From an uncultured Clostridia bacterium (GTDB lineage: Bacteria > Bacillota > Clostridia > Christensenellales > UBA1242): a stretch of DNA of 64,000 bases. Positions 35,705 through 46,284 of the stretch are shown here, one piece after another. Position numbers and translations under genes: made by a program. The notes below the pieces were generated by a model that saw only the letters and a program-made list of their open reading frames with translations, was not told where the DNA came from and did no database searches. Numbering within the stretch: position 1 is the first letter of the stretch; every line of letters begins with the position of its first letter. The stretch covers positions 77,216 through 141,215 of the forward strand of contig CANPWN010000001.1 in NCBI GenBank assembly GCA_947584415.1, in the 5' to 3' direction.

Positions 35705-38700
35705 TATTCCTCCTTCTTTTTCCCGCAAATCTTTACATTGCCTTGACCTATTATACCATATAATTCATTTAAAAGATAGTTATTTATATCAATTTTTTGA
35801 TTGTATGCAAACGCTTTGTCCAAACTTGTGCATTTGATTATCACTTCAGCGTCACCTGGGTAAGCGTTTAAGGTTGATTTGATTTTATTGAAAACATCAA
35901 TGTTTTTTGTGTCAAATCTAAGATAAAGTTTTTCCGTCTTTTCAACTTCCCCGCTTTCGCCTCGTTTTTTCCATGGGATAATCTCTTGTGCGTTGACAGA
36001 TGGTGAACCATTGCGCATGGAAATTCTGCCTTTGATTGTCACAAGCGCGTCCTCTTCAACAATATGTTTGTATTTTGGAAAAACATTGCCAAACAGCGAA
36101 ACTTCAAAGGTTCCATACAAATCTTCAATTTTCAAAAATGCAAATTCTTTTCCATCTTTGCTAAGTTTGCGTTTTTTCTCAACAATAATTCCGCCGCAAG
36201 TCACTGGCATGCCGTCTTGAACTTGCTCGTAAACTTTTTCTGCCGGCTCTTCCTCGCCTTCTTCTTCCATCTCCTCAGAAGGTTGCATCATGTCAGATGT
36301 CAAGTTGAAGCCATCATATAAGTCAAGATAATCATTGAGCGGGTGACCTGAAAGATAAATGCCGACAACATCTTTTTCATATTTTAAAAGACTTTCTTTA
36401 TTAAATTCCTTCATATCTGGCCATGCAAGTGCGTTTATGCTGGAATTATCATCCGTCATTGAGCCAAACATTGAGATTTGTCCTGATTGATTTGTTTTGT
36501 GGTCTTTGATTGCCCTGTCAACTGCAATAGGATAAACTGCCATAAGTTGACTTCTAAACTTGCCAAAGCAGTCAAATGCGCCGCTGACAATAAGGCTTTC
36601 AAGCACACGCTTGTTGAGGCATTGGATGTCAACTCTGGAAACAAAGTCTTCAAAACTCTTAAATTCGCCATTTTTCTTTCTCTCGTTTATGATAAGATCA
36701 ATAACCGCCGAACCAACACCTTTGAGTGCTGCAAGCCCAAACCTAATATTGCCATCCTCCGTCTTAAAATATGTCACCGACTTATTAATATCTGGCGGAA
36801 GCACTTTGAAGCCTTCCTTTTTGGCATAGGTTGTGTATTTTTTAATTTCATCTGAGTTTGTTATTCTGTTATTCAGAACAGCGGTCAAAAATTCAACTTC
36901 ATAATAGGTTTTTAAATATGCAGTTTGATAGCCGACATAAGCGTAAGCCGCTGCGTGCGACTTGTTAAAGGCATACTTTGCAAATTCTGCCATGCGGTCG
37001 AATATTTTTTCTGCAACCGCCCTATCATGCCCAAGTTTGACTGCCCCAGGGATAGATGCTTTGCCTGTTGGGTCAACCCAACCTTCAACAAACTTGACCT
37101 TTTCCGCGGCAATTTTGTCAACCTTTTTCTTGCCCATAATTCGGCGAATATTGTCCGCCTGACCGAGTGAATAGCCCGCCATCTCCTGCACAATTTTCAT
37201 AACCTGTTCTTGATAAACAATGCACCCATAGGTGACATCCAAAATTGGCTCTAAGCATGGGTCATCATAAACAACAGCAGACGGGTCTTTTTTACATTTT
37301 ACAAATTGTGGGATAGAGTCCATAGGACCAGGCCTGTAAAGTGAAATTCCGGCAATAATGTCGTCCATGCATGTTGGCCCGAGGTCCTTCATAAAGCGTT
37401 TCATACCTCCGCTTTCAAGTTGGAACACCGCATCAGTGTTGCCTGATGAAATGAGTTCAAACACCTTCGGGTCATCATATTCCATATTATAAAAGTCAAT
37501 ATCAATGCCATGATTTTCCTTGATGTAATCAAGCGCCTTTTTGATGTCAGTCAGCGTTCTAAGCCCCAAAAAGTCCATCTTTAAAAGTCCAAGATGTTCA
37601 ATTTCAATCATATCAAATTCTGTGACAATTTCATCCCCGTTTCTTGCAAGCGGAACAAAGGTGTCAACAGGCTCAGGCGCAATTAAAACACCTGCTGCGT
37701 GCATAGAACAGTTGCGCGGCACACCTTCAAGTTTGATTGCAATATCCACCACCTTGCGAACAAGTTCGTCATCTTCGTAGGCTTTTTTAAGGTCAGGAAT
37801 TATGTATTTTTCATCTTCTGGATTTTTTGACTTACCAAAATAATATTTTAAAACCGGCTTATCTTTTTTAAGTCCATCAGGCGGAAAATTTGGAATTTCT
37901 TTGCACAATTTGTCAACTTCAGAAATAGGAAGTCTAAGCACTCTTCCAACATCACGAATTGCGTTTTTTGCCTTCATGCAACCAAATGTCACAATGCCGG
38001 CAACATGGTCAGGGCCATATCTACGTTTTGTGTATTCAATAACTTCGCCACGCCTGTCCATGCAAAAGTCAACATCAAAGTCGGGCATGGACACACGCTC
38101 TTTGTTGATAAACCTTTCAAAGAAGAGATGATATTTGATTGGGTCAACCTTGGTGATGCCAATGCAATATGCGACCAAACTTCCTGCGCCCGAGCCTCTT
38201 CCCGGCCCAACAGGGATGCCGTTTTGACGCGCATAGTTGATGTAGTCCCACACAACCAAGAAATATTCAACAAAACCCTGCTCTCTTATGGTGTCAAGTT
38301 CCATCTTCATGCGGTCTTCAAGTTCCTGTGTGATGACTGGATAAAGTTTTTTAAGTCCCTCATACGCCATCCTCTCCAAAAATTGATAACTTGTTTCGCC
38401 TGTGTCTGGGATATAAGGAGGGATATAGTTTTTGTTCGCCGGCAATTTGTAAATTTCGTCAACATTAGGGTTTTCCGCCAGTGATTTCGTCTTTATGACA
38501 ACATTGCACTTGTTTGCAATTTCAATGGTGTTGTCAAGCGCCTCTTCATATCCTGGAAGGGCCTCCAACATTTCTTCATAGGTTTTGTAATAAAACTCGT
38601 CCGTTTCAAACTTCATGCGGTCTGGGTCGTCAACAAATTTGTGCATTTGCACGCACATGAGGGCGTCTTGTAAGATGGCGTCCTCTTTGTTGAGATAATG

Positions 38701-39309
38701 CACATCATTTGTCGCCACCATTTTTATGCCAAGTTCCTTTGCAAGCTCAGTTTGAAAAGCAAGGACAGGCTTGTCCTCAGCCAAGAAGTGATTTTGAATT
38801 TCAATGTAATAGTCATCACCAAACACTTCTTTATGCCACTTTGCGCACTCCCTCGCCTCGTCAAAACGGCGCTGCAAAATAAGCCTCTGCAGATGCCCAG
38901 CAAGACAAGCAGAAAGACATATAAGCCCTTTTGAGTATTTTTTTAAAAGTTCATAGTCAATTCTTGGCTTGTAATACATCCCATCAACATGTGCAATGGA
39001 GATAAGTTTTAAAAGGTTGTGATAACCTTCATTGTCTTTTGCAAGCAAAATAAGGTGGCCAATATCATCTTTTGTCGTTCTCGCTTTGTGGTCGCGGGCT
39101 ATATAAAATTCGCAGCCAATGATTGGCTTTATACCATTCGTGATGCAGGCTTCATACATTTTAAGTGTGCCAAACATGTTTCCATGGTCGGTGATAGCAA
39201 CCGCCTTCCAACCGCGCTCTTTTGTTATTTCCACAAGTTTTTCAATTCGGGCTAGACCGTCCAAAAGGCTGTATTCAGTGTGAAGATGTAAGTGGACAAA
39301 CTCTTTCAT
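35704..39309 (-). CDS. dnaE: DNA polymerase III alpha subunit (DnaE-type)
   Basis: N-terminal PHP domain HLHLHTEYSLLDG, PDFDVDF catalytic motif, 1201 aa. Confidence 0.95.
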   Translation of the reverse strand: MKEFVHLHLHTEYSLLDGLARIEKLVEITKERGWKAVAITDHGNMFGTLKMYEACITNGIKPIIGCEFYIARDHKARTTKDDIGHLILLAKDNEGYHNLLKLISIAHVDGMYYKPRIDYELLKKYSKGLICLSACLAGHLQRLILQRRFDEARECAKWHKEVFGDDYYIEIQNHFLAEDKPVLAFQTELAKELGIKMVATNDVHYLNKEDAILQDALMCVQMHKFVDDPDRMKFETDEFYYKTYEEMLEALPGYEEALDNTIEIANKCNVVIKTKSLAENPNVDEIYKLPANKNYIPPYIPDTGETSYQFLERMAYEGLKKLYPVITQELEDRMKMELDTIREQGFVEYFLVVWDYINYARQNGIPVGPGRGSGAGSLVAYCIGITKVDPIKYHLFFERFINKERVSMPDFDVDFCMDRRGEVIEYTKRRYGPDHVAGIVTFGCMKAKNAIRDVGRVLRLPISEVDKLCKEIPNFPPDGLKKDKPVLKYYFGKSKNPEDEKYIIPDLKKAYEDDELVRKVVDIAIKLEGVPRNCSMHAAGVLIAPEPVDTFVPLARNGDEIVTEFDMIEIEHLGLLKMDFLGLRTLTDIKKALDYIKENHGIDIDFYNMEYDDPKVFELISSGNTDAVFQLESGGMKRFMKDLGPTCMDDIIAGISLYRPGPMDSIPQFVKCKKDPSAVVYDDPCLEPILDVTYGCIVYQEQVMKIVQEMAGYSLGQADNIRRIMGKKKVDKIAAEKVKFVEGWVDPTGKASIPGAVKLGHDRAVAEKIFDRMAEFAKYAFNKSHAAAYAYVGYQTAYLKTYYEVEFLTAVLNNRITNSDEIKKYTTYAKKEGFKVLPPDINKSVTYFKTEDGNIRFGLAALKGVGSAVIDLIINERKKNGEFKSFEDFVSRVDIQCLNKRVLESLIVSGAFDCFGKFRSQLMAVYPIAVDRAIKDHKTNQSGQISMFGSMTDDNSSINALAWPDMKEFNKESLLKYEKDVVGIYLSGHPLNDYLDLYDGFNLTSDMMQPSEEMEEEGEEEPAEKVYEQVQDGMPVTCGGIIVEKKRKLSKDGKEFAFLKIEDLYGTFEVSLFGNVFPKYKHIVEEDALVTIKGRISMRNGSPSVNAQEIIPWKKRGESGEVEKTEKLYLRFDTKNIDVFNKIKSTLNAYPGDAEVIIKCTSLDKAFAYNQKIDINNYLLNELYGIIGQGNVKICGKKKEE

Positions 39310-40259
39310 TTTAACTCCTCTGCAATTCTAATAAGTTTGTTAAGCCTGTGATTAAGCCCGCTTTTTGAAAGTTTGATTGATGAAAGTGACAAAAGCCCTT
39401 CCAAACTTTCCTCAGGGTTGGCAAGTCTGAGCATGGCAACCTCTTGCAACTCATCATCCAAACAATCAAGTCCAATTGTTGAAATGATGGTGTTTATGGC
39501 GTCAGTTTGCTTTATGCTTGCTTCAACAGTTTTTGAAATATTAGCGTTTATACAGTTGACTTCGCGGTTTATTTGATTGCGTTTTTCACGACGTATCATC
39601 TCGTTTGAAAGCGCAAGCACTGCTTCGTTTGCACCAATAAGTGCCAGCAAATCTTTGATTGCCTCCGCCTCTTTCAAATAAAGCACATAATTGTTTTTTC
39701 TCTCAACAAGTTTGGAAAATATGTTAAATTCACTTAAAATTGAGGCTAAATCACTCAAAAATTCATAATTATGGCTTGAAAATTCCAAATGATAGCCGCT
39801 GGTTGTCTTTTCTTCTTCCCTCTCGCTCAGTCTTATTGAACTTGTCCCGCAGCCTATGTAAGCACCTCTAATGAGTGCCGCTTTAGTCTCTTCACTGTTT
39901 GCAATATTCAGGTCAATGCCATTGATAAGTTCATTTGACATGTTTAACACTCCGCAGTCAGAGAGAAGTTGCATGGCGCAAGTTGATGGCACGGTTATGC
40001 GATAATAATCAGTTTTGTTGATGACATAATCATTTTCAAGACTTAAACTCAGTGTGTCACCATACATCATCTTAACAATTGTGCTTAAGGTTTCAAAAAG
40101 TTGCTTGATATCCGTGATAATTGACACCTCAAACCCATTTTTTGTCCTTTCAAGTTGGCCTGACGCATGCAAAAGACCAGCAAGAAAAGCAAAGGCAGTG
40201 TCCGCTGTCTCCAAATGAGAATTTATGATTTCCATCTTGCTAGACTTTGAAAAACTCAA
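39306..40259 (-). CDS. whiA: DNA-binding protein WhiA
   Basis: MSFSKS... N-terminus, degenerate LAGLIDADG domain (FLAGLLHASG), C-terminal HTH (SKSGLNHRLNKL). TTG start follows AGAGGGG. Confidence 0.88.
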   Translation of the reverse strand: MSFSKSSKMEIINSHLETADTAFAFLAGLLHASGQLERTKNGFEVSIITDIKQLFETLSTIVKMMYGDTLSLSLENDYVINKTDYYRITVPSTCAMQLLSDCGVLNMSNELINGIDLNIANSEETKAALIRGAYIGCGTSSIRLSEREEEKTTSGYHLEFSSHNYEFLSDLASILSEFNIFSKLVERKNNYVLYLKEAEAIKDLLALIGANEAVLALSNEMIRREKRNQINREVNCINANISKTVEASIKQTDAINTIISTIGLDCLDDELQEVAMLRLANPEESLEGLLSLSSIKLSKSGLNHRLNKLIRIAEELK

Positions 40260-40262
40260 TTT

Positions 40263-41021
40263 TTATCCCCTCTTGTGAAAATTGACAGGTTTGTCCAAAT
40301 TGACTATCAAACTTGTTGGAATCCCAAGTCTGTATGCCTGATTGAAGGCAATATTACACTCTCCAACCTTATCAGGGCAATGTGCATCAGAGTTGATGAT
40401 AAACTTTACGCCCTCTTCAGCCATTGTCAAAAGTTCCTCGTCAGTGAAATGTTGACGCTTTCCGTTAATTTCAACATATATGCCCTTTTGCTTTGCAAGT
40501 TTTGCAACCGCAAGAGTATCCGTTGGGCAGCCATAATTTAAGTGTGTGATGATGTCAATAGGATATTTGTCAAGTGCACGCAAAAATGCAGTGGTGTTTC
40601 TTGCAAGGCGCTCTTTGCTAGGGCGAAAAGGCGAGCCAAACATGTTGGCATATTGCAAACTCATCCTATCTCTTGCAGAGGCCATTTTGACAAGTTTATG
40701 ATGTCCCATGAGTATTATGTCCAGATTTTCATAATCTTGCTCTTTAAGGTCAATTTCGCCTGAAAGAGAAATTAAATTTGCCTCAACCCCAAGCAAAATA
40801 TCAATGCCAGTGACTTCTTTGGCATTTAAAATGTCCTCTTTGACTGAAGGAATATCCTTCCTTTTTACGCCAAAAAGCAGATGATTGAATCCATGGTCTG
40901 TTATGGCAATTTGTTTTAATCCCTTATCTGCCGCAACCAAAGCGTTTTGCAAAACTGTGCCTTTGCCATGATTGTGTCTGGAATAAATCGTGTGGGTGTG
41001 ATAGTCGCCGTAAAGAATCAT
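40263..41021 (-). CDS. PHP-domain metal-dependent phosphoesterase
   Basis: DYHTHT N-terminal motif and ITDHG, 252 aa. Confidence 0.7.
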   Translation of the reverse strand: MILYGDYHTHTIYSRHNHGKGTVLQNALVAADKGLKQIAITDHGFNHLLFGVKRKDIPSVKEDILNAKEVTGIDILLGVEANLISLSGEIDLKEQDYENLDIILMGHHKLVKMASARDRMSLQYANMFGSPFRPSKERLARNTTAFLRALDKYPIDIITHLNYGCPTDTLAVAKLAKQKGIYVEINGKRQHFTDEELLTMAEEGVKFIINSDAHCPDKVGECNIAFNQAYRLGIPTSLIVNLDKPVNFHKRG

Positions 41022-41088
41022 TACTTCTCCTTATACAATAAAGTATATCAACAATAAAAAACTTTTGCAAGCAAACTGCCTCATGCCC

Positions 41089-41931
41089 CTAGACGATTTT
41101 TATCTCTCTTTCAAACTTATAGCCATAATTTTCGGCAATATTTTCTATAATTTCAATTAACGACAAAACATCCTTCGCTGTTGCACCGCCATTGTTGACA
41201 ATAAACCCTGCATGTTTTCGGCTCACCTGTGCGCCGCCAACTTTTATTCCTTTAAGTTGCCACTCATCAATAAGTTTGGCTGGGATGATATCTCCACTTC
41301 TTTTAAACACACTCCCAAGTGAAAGTGCTGCAAAGGGCTGAGCGGCCTTTCTTAAATTTAATATTTGCATTTGTTTTGCCAAAATTTCATCATTTTTTGC
41401 TTTATTTAATGCAAAAACCACTTCAAGCAGTATTTCACCTTCAAGAGGTCCTTTGCGATAAGAATAAGTTAAATTCGTCTTTTCATAAATTTCACCGTCT
41501 TTGAACACCAAAATCTTTTCAATATGTTCACATATCTCTCCGCCATAAGCCCCAGCGTTCATAACCACTGCACCGCCAACACTTCCCGGAATACCATACA
41601 AAAACTCCAAGCCGCCAAACTGATGATTTGCGCAAAAAGAACAAAGTTGAAATAGCCCAACCCCACTTTCACAGATAATTTTATCGTTTTCGATGAAAAT
41701 ATTGCAAAAATTCTTCATAGAAATGATTTTCCCCTTGAAATTATCTGTGAATAAAATGTTTGAGCCATTCCCTAAAATTAAATAATTTATGTTTTTCTTA
41801 TTAAAATATTGTGTTAAATATTTTAATTCCATGAAATTGCAAGGAAAATAAATGTCTGCTTTTCCACCAATTTTTATTGTGGAATAATTTTTTAAGTCTG
41901 CATTTTTTATTTTTTTAACTTTTATTTTCAT
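41089..41931 (-). CDS. murB: UDP-N-acetylenolpyruvoylglucosamine reductase
   Basis: LKNYSTIKIGGKAD, LGNGSN, and GGLEFLYGIPGSVGGAVVMNAGAYG. Start at ATG 41931 has no clear SD. Confidence 0.88.
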   Translation of the reverse strand: MKIKVKKIKNADLKNYSTIKIGGKADIYFPCNFMELKYLTQYFNKKNINYLILGNGSNILFTDNFKGKIISMKNFCNIFIENDKIICESGVGLFQLCSFCANHQFGGLEFLYGIPGSVGGAVVMNAGAYGGEICEHIEKILVFKDGEIYEKTNLTYSYRKGPLEGEILLEVVFALNKAKNDEILAKQMQILNLRKAAQPFAALSLGSVFKRSGDIIPAKLIDEWQLKGIKVGGAQVSRKHAGFIVNNGGATAKDVLSLIEIIENIAENYGYKFEREIKIV

Positions 41932-41947
41932 ATATATAAAATATATG

Positions 41948-41973
41948 AAAAAAACTCTCAAATGAGAGTTTTT
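41948..41973 (-). terminator. rho-independent terminator after rplQ
   Basis: actctc-aaat-gagagt with a T-run on the minus strand. Confidence 0.65.
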
Positions 41974-41976
41974 TAA

Positions 41977-42486
41977 TTAAACTAATTCAATGATTGCCAT
42001 TTCGGCTGCATCACCTCTGCGATTGCCAAGTTTGATGATGCGTGTGTAACCGCCACCCTGTCCAAGTTTTTCTTTGCGCTCAGCATACTTTGGGGCATAC
42101 ACATTGAAAATCTTTTCAAGAAGTGGATGATTAATTCCCTTAACTCTTGCATCAAAGGCAGGCTTTGATTCTTTTTCACCGCGCTGTTCTTGTCTGTCAT
42201 AAACATAAGACATGATTTTTCTTCTTGCTGCGAGTTTTTTAGGTCCATCATTAACAACTTCTGTTTTAACTTTCACACCTTTCTCGTCTTTGATTTCCTT
42301 TGTCACTTTAACGGTGTCATTGTAAGAGTTGATTGCTGCAGTCAAAAGTTTTTCAGCAATAGATGAAACAGACTTTGCCTTTGCAACGGTTGTTTCAATT
42401 TTTCCATACCAAAGAAGGTCGCTCACAAGTCCACGGAGCATAGCATCTCTTTCTTTGGATGGTCTTCCAAGTTTGTCGTTAGCCAT
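41977..42486 (-). CDS. rplQ: 50S ribosomal protein L17 (with ~45-aa internal insertion)
   Basis: KLGRPSKERDAMLRGLV...GGYTRIIKLGNRRGDAAEMAIIELV. Confidence 0.93.
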   Translation of the reverse strand: MANDKLGRPSKERDAMLRGLVSDLLWYGKIETTVAKAKSVSSIAEKLLTAAINSYNDTVKVTKEIKDEKGVKVKTEVVNDGPKKLAARRKIMSYVYDRQEQRGEKESKPAFDARVKGINHPLLEKIFNVYAPKYAERKEKLGQGGGYTRIIKLGNRRGDAAEMAIIELV

Positions 42487-42498
42487 TTTGTTCTCCTT

Positions 42499-43452
42499 TT
42501 ATTCTTCTTCTTTGCGAAGTGAGAGACCATAACTTTCAAGTTTTTGAACAACCTCGTCAATAGATTTAATTCCAAGGTTTTTAACTTTAAGCATGTCTGC
42601 CCTTGATTTCTTCACAATGTCCTCAACTGTGTTGACACCAGCACGCTTGAGACAATTATATGACCTAACAGAAAGGTCCATCTCTTCAATAGGAAGTTCC
42701 AAAATTTTAACTTGTTTGTCCTCTTCTTTGGAAACAAGCACATTAACATTTGCCATTTCTTCACAAAGTTCAACAAAAAGTCCAACATGCTCCATCATAA
42801 TCTTTCCTGCAAGAGAAACAATTTCCGTTGCTTTTGTTGTTCCATTGGTTTCAACTTCCAAAACAAGTTTGTCAAAATCAACGCTCTGTCCAACACGAGT
42901 TGCTTCAACAGAGAAGTTTACTTTCTTAATTGGAGAGAAGATGCTGTCCATTGCAATAAAGTCAATGTTGTCAAATTTTGTTTTGTTGATTGTGCTTGGA
43001 ACATATCCTCTTCCATTTCCAATCATAACATCCATGTCAAGCACTGCGCCTTCATCCATTGTGCAGATATGAAGGTCTGGGTTGAGAATTTCAACCTCAT
43101 CATTTGGTTCAAAATCTTTTGCTGTGATTTCGCCAGCACCATGCTTGCGAAGTCTCAAAAATGTGATGAAATTGCGGTCGCGGTTTGTTGCCTTAACATA
43201 CAAAGATTTAAGGTTTAAGATGATGTCCACAACATCTTCTGCAACGCCTCTGATTGTTGAAAATTCATGAGGCACACCAGCGATTCTAACAGCGATAGGT
43301 GCTGAGCCTGGAAGTGAAGACAAAAGCGTTCTTCTCATGCAGTTTCCAAGAGTAATGCCATAGCCTTTTTCAAGTGGCTCAACAATAAATCTTGCAAAAG
43401 CACCACCTTCAACTTCTTCACAAACAATTTTTGGTTTTTCCATTTCCATCAT
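42499..43452 (-). CDS. rpoA: DNA-directed RNA polymerase subunit alpha
   Basis: Family-typical sequence; C-terminal domain LSVRSYNCLKRAGVNTV. Confidence 0.95.
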   Translation of the reverse strand: MMEMEKPKIVCEEVEGGAFARFIVEPLEKGYGITLGNCMRRTLLSSLPGSAPIAVRIAGVPHEFSTIRGVAEDVVDIILNLKSLYVKATNRDRNFITFLRLRKHGAGEITAKDFEPNDEVEILNPDLHICTMDEGAVLDMDVMIGNGRGYVPSTINKTKFDNIDFIAMDSIFSPIKKVNFSVEATRVGQSVDFDKLVLEVETNGTTKATEIVSLAGKIMMEHVGLFVELCEEMANVNVLVSKEEDKQVKILELPIEEMDLSVRSYNCLKRAGVNTVEDIVKKSRADMLKVKNLGIKSIDEVVQKLESYGLSLRKEEE

Positions 43453-43469
43453 AATTTATTTTCCTCCCA

Positions 43470-44096
43470 TTATCTTGAATACAACTCGATTACAAGACGC
43501 TCTTTGATATCTGCATCAACATCATCTCTCTGAGGAAGAGCAATAACCTTTCCTTTAAGAGTTTCTGAGTTGAATTCGAGCCATTTTGGCATAACAATCT
43601 TCATGCCTTTAAGGGCTTTGATAAGAGTTTTGTCAAGTTTGCTTTCCTTAACAGCAATCTCATCTCCAACCTTAACGATGTATGAAGCAATGTCAACTCT
43701 GCGTCCGTTCACAGTTATCATGCCATGGTTAACCATTTGACGGCTCTGCTTTCTGCTTGCACCAATGCCCATCCTGTAAACAACATTGTCAAGTCGCCTT
43801 TCAATGAGTGAGAGCATATTTTCACCGGTAACACCTTTCATCCTTTCTGCTTCTTCATAATAAGAACGCATCTGGTTTTCCAATATGCCATAAATTCTTT
43901 TGATTTTTTGTTTTTCACGAAGTTGTGAGCCATATTCAGTGAAGGTCACACGTCTGCGTGATGAACCGTGTTGTCCAGGAATAACAGGACGGCGTTCCAT
44001 GGCACATTTTTTGGAAGTGCATCTTTCACCTTTAAGGAAAAGTTTGCATCCCTCGCGTCTGCACTGACGGCAGTCAGGTTCAATTGTTCTTGCCAT
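43470..44096 (-). CDS. rpsD: 30S ribosomal protein S4
   Basis: CRQCRREG zinc-type N-terminus and S4 domain. Confidence 0.95.
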   Translation of the reverse strand: MARTIEPDCRQCRREGCKLFLKGERCTSKKCAMERRPVIPGQHGSSRRRVTFTEYGSQLREKQKIKRIYGILENQMRSYYEEAERMKGVTGENMLSLIERRLDNVVYRMGIGASRKQSRQMVNHGMITVNGRRVDIASYIVKVGDEIAVKESKLDKTLIKALKGMKIVMPKWLEFNSETLKGKVIALPQRDDVDADIKERLVIELYSR

Positions 44097-44109
44097 AACT
44101 TTTCTCCTT

Positions 44110-44520
44110 TTAAACTCTTCTTACCTTTGGAGGTCTGCAACCGTTGTGAGCGATTGGTGAAACATCCTTGATAAGAGTAACATTAAGTTCACAGTTTTGA
44201 AGAGCCCTGATTGCAGCCTCTCTTCCGCTGCCAGGACCTTTTACATAAACTTCAACTGTTGTAAGTCCATGTTCTTTTGCCACCTTTGCTGCCTCTTCAA
44301 CACAAGTTTGAGCAGCAAATGGAGTGCTTTTCTTTGAGCCTTTAAGCCCAAGTTTTCCAGATGAGCACCATGACACAACATTGCCCGCAGCATCTGAGAA
44401 GGTCACAATGGTGTTGTTAAAAGAGGTTTTAATATGAACTTGTCCCTGAGAGATATTTTTTGAAACTCTCTTTTTAACTCTGGTTGTTGTTTTTTTGGTA
44501 TTAGTTTTTGTCGTTGCCAT
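44110..44520 (-). CDS. rpsK: 30S ribosomal protein S11
   Basis: [15 protein letters not shown]...[12 protein letters not shown]. Confidence 0.95.
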   Translation of the reverse strand: MATTKTNTKKTTTRVKKRVSKNISQGQVHIKTSFNNTIVTFSDAAGNVVSWCSSGKLGLKGSKKSTPFAAQTCVEEAAKVAKEHGLTTVEVYVKGPGSGREAAIRALQNCELNVTLIKDVSPIAHNGCRPPKVRRV

Positions 44521-44531
44521 ATTTTATCTCC

Positions 44532-44909
44532 TTATTTACCCTTCTTTGATGAGCCAGCAACTGCCCTTCTTGGGCCCTTTCTGGTGCGGCAGTTGTTTCG
44601 TGTGTTTTGTCCACGCACAGGAAGTCCCTTGCGGTGACGAATTCCACGGTAGCAACCCATTTCGTTCAACTTTTTGATGTCAAGGCTAACTTTCTTTCTA
44701 AGGTCACCTTCAACGCTAAGGTTGTGTTCAATATAAGAACGCAACTTTGCAACTTGGTCATCAGTCAGGTCCTTAACTCTGATGTCTGGGCTGATTTTTG
44801 TTTCAGCACAAATTTTACCGGCCGTAACTTGACCGATACCGTAAATATAGGTTAGTCCTATTTCCAATCTTTTTTCTCTAGGAAGGTCTACACCTGCAAT
44901 TCTTGCCAT
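44532..44909 (-). CDS. rpsM: 30S ribosomal protein S13
   Basis: [14 protein letters not shown]... Confidence 0.95.
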   Translation of the reverse strand: MARIAGVDLPREKRLEIGLTYIYGIGQVTAGKICAETKISPDIRVKDLTDDQVAKLRSYIEHNLSVEGDLRKKVSLDIKKLNEMGCYRGIRHRKGLPVRGQNTRNNCRTRKGPRRAVAGSSKKGK

Positions 44910-44928
44910 ATTTTTTTCTCCTTATTTT

Positions 44929-45045
44929 TTAGCCCTGAGTTTGTTTGTGTTTGGCACTCTTAGGGCAGATAACCATAACTTTTCCGTTTCTTTTAATAAC
45001 CTTGCATTTGTCACAAATAGGTTTAACGGATGCTCTTACTTTCAT
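44929..45045 (-). CDS. rpmJ: 50S ribosomal protein L36
   Basis: Hand translation gives [38 protein letters not shown] (38 aa). Too short for the ORF track. Confidence 0.92.
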   Translation of the reverse strand: MKVRASVKPICDKCKVIKRNGKVMVICPKSAKHKQTQG

Positions 45046-45059
45046 GATTTACTCCTCTT

Positions 45060-45281
45060 TTAACCCTTATCTCTCCATGTGATGCGACCTTTTGTAAGGT
45101 CATAAGGGCTCATTTCGACTTTTACTTTATCCCCTTCAACAACTCTGATGCAATGCACTCTGAGTTTGCCAGAGATGTAAGCGATTATGACATGTCCGTT
45201 GATTAAACGAACTTTGAAAGTGGAGTTTGGAAGAAGTTCCTCAACAACGCCTTCAAACTCAATCACATCCTCTTTTGACAT
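45060..45281 (-). CDS. infA: translation initiation factor IF-1
   Basis: [13 protein letters not shown]...GRITWRDK. Confidence 0.95.
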   Translation of the reverse strand: MSKEDVIEFEGVVEELLPNSTFKVRLINGHVIIAYISGKLRVHCIRVVEGDKVKVEMSPYDLTKGRITWRDKG

Positions 45282-45532
45282 ATCCTCTCCTTTTCATTTC
45301 GCAAAAATTTTCGCACAGCGGCGTCCGTTTTTATGTCCTTAAAGGCATCCTCGCCAAGCAAAAATCTGTTTTTTGAAACTTTTTCAATGTGTTTCACATT
45401 TTTCTTTTTTGGTTTTAAAACTGAAAGGCGTTTGCCGTCGGCTATGTAAACATAGTTTTCTTCAGTTTTGACAACCACAAAGATTTGCTCTTTTTCCTTT
45501 CCTGCAGTGGCTCTTACTACATCTCCAACCAT
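45263..45532 (-). CDS. KOW-domain RNA-binding protein (clostridial spc-operon gene between map and infA)
   Basis: [22 protein letters not shown]-like motif, plus its position. Confidence 0.6.
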   Translation of the reverse strand: MVGDVVRATAGKEKEQIFVVVKTEENYVYIADGKRLSVLKPKKKNVKHIEKVSKNRFLLGEDAFKDIKTDAAVRKFLRNEKERICQKRM

Positions 45533-45540
45533 AGTTTCAC

Positions 45541-46284
45541 CTACAAAGTCAGAATTTCAACACCGCTGGTCGTAATCAGCACAGTGTTTTCGTAGTGTGC
45601 AGAAGGAAGATGGTCTCTTGTGACAATTCCCCAGCCGTCACGCAGCATATAGATTTCCTTTTTGCCCATGTTGACCATTGGTTCTATTGCCAGGCACGCG
45701 CCGTCCGTCACAATTGGCCCGTCAGTTTCTTTGCCATAATTTGGAATATTTGGCGGCTCATGCATTTTTCTGCCAATGCCGTGCCCAACAAGTTCCCTCA
45801 CAACTGAGTAACCGTTTTTCTCAGCATAGGTTTGAATTGCATGTGAAACTTTGCCAAGTCTTTGTCCCACTTCCAAGTGTTTAATTCCTTCGAAAAAACT
45901 TTGTTTTGTCACTTCAATAAGTCTTGCTTTTTCAGGAGAAATTTTTCCAACTGGAAAGGTCCTTGCAGCGTCTCCGTTGTAGCCCTTGTAAATGACCCCA
46001 ACATCAATGCTGATTATGTCGCCTTCTTTCAAAATAATTTCCGCCGAAGGTATACCATGCACAACCATTTCGTTGACGGATGCGCAGATGCTTCCTGGAA
46101 ATCCCTCATAGCCGAGGAAGGAAGGCGTGCCACCACTATCAATTATAAACTTTTTTACCAAAGTGTCAAGTTCCAATGTTGAAATGCCCGGCTTAATCAG
46201 AGTTTCAGCATAGTTCAATGCATCTCTCGTCATTGCCCCCGCCTTTCGCATAAGAACAAGTTCCGCTGGAGTTAAATGATTCAA
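45541..46284 (-). CDS. map: type I methionine aminopeptidase
   Basis: Metal ligands are in typical context (DIGVIYKGYNGDAA, GHGIG, EPM). Confidence 0.93.
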   Translation of the reverse strand: MNHLTPAELVLMRKAGAMTRDALNYAETLIKPGISTLELDTLVKKFIIDSGGTPSFLGYEGFPGSICASVNEMVVHGIPSAEIILKEGDIISIDVGVIYKGYNGDAARTFPVGKISPEKARLIEVTKQSFFEGIKHLEVGQRLGKVSHAIQTYAEKNGYSVVRELVGHGIGRKMHEPPNIPNYGKETDGPIVTDGACLAIEPMVNMGKKEIYMLRDGWGIVTRDHLPSAHYENTVLITTSGVEILTL

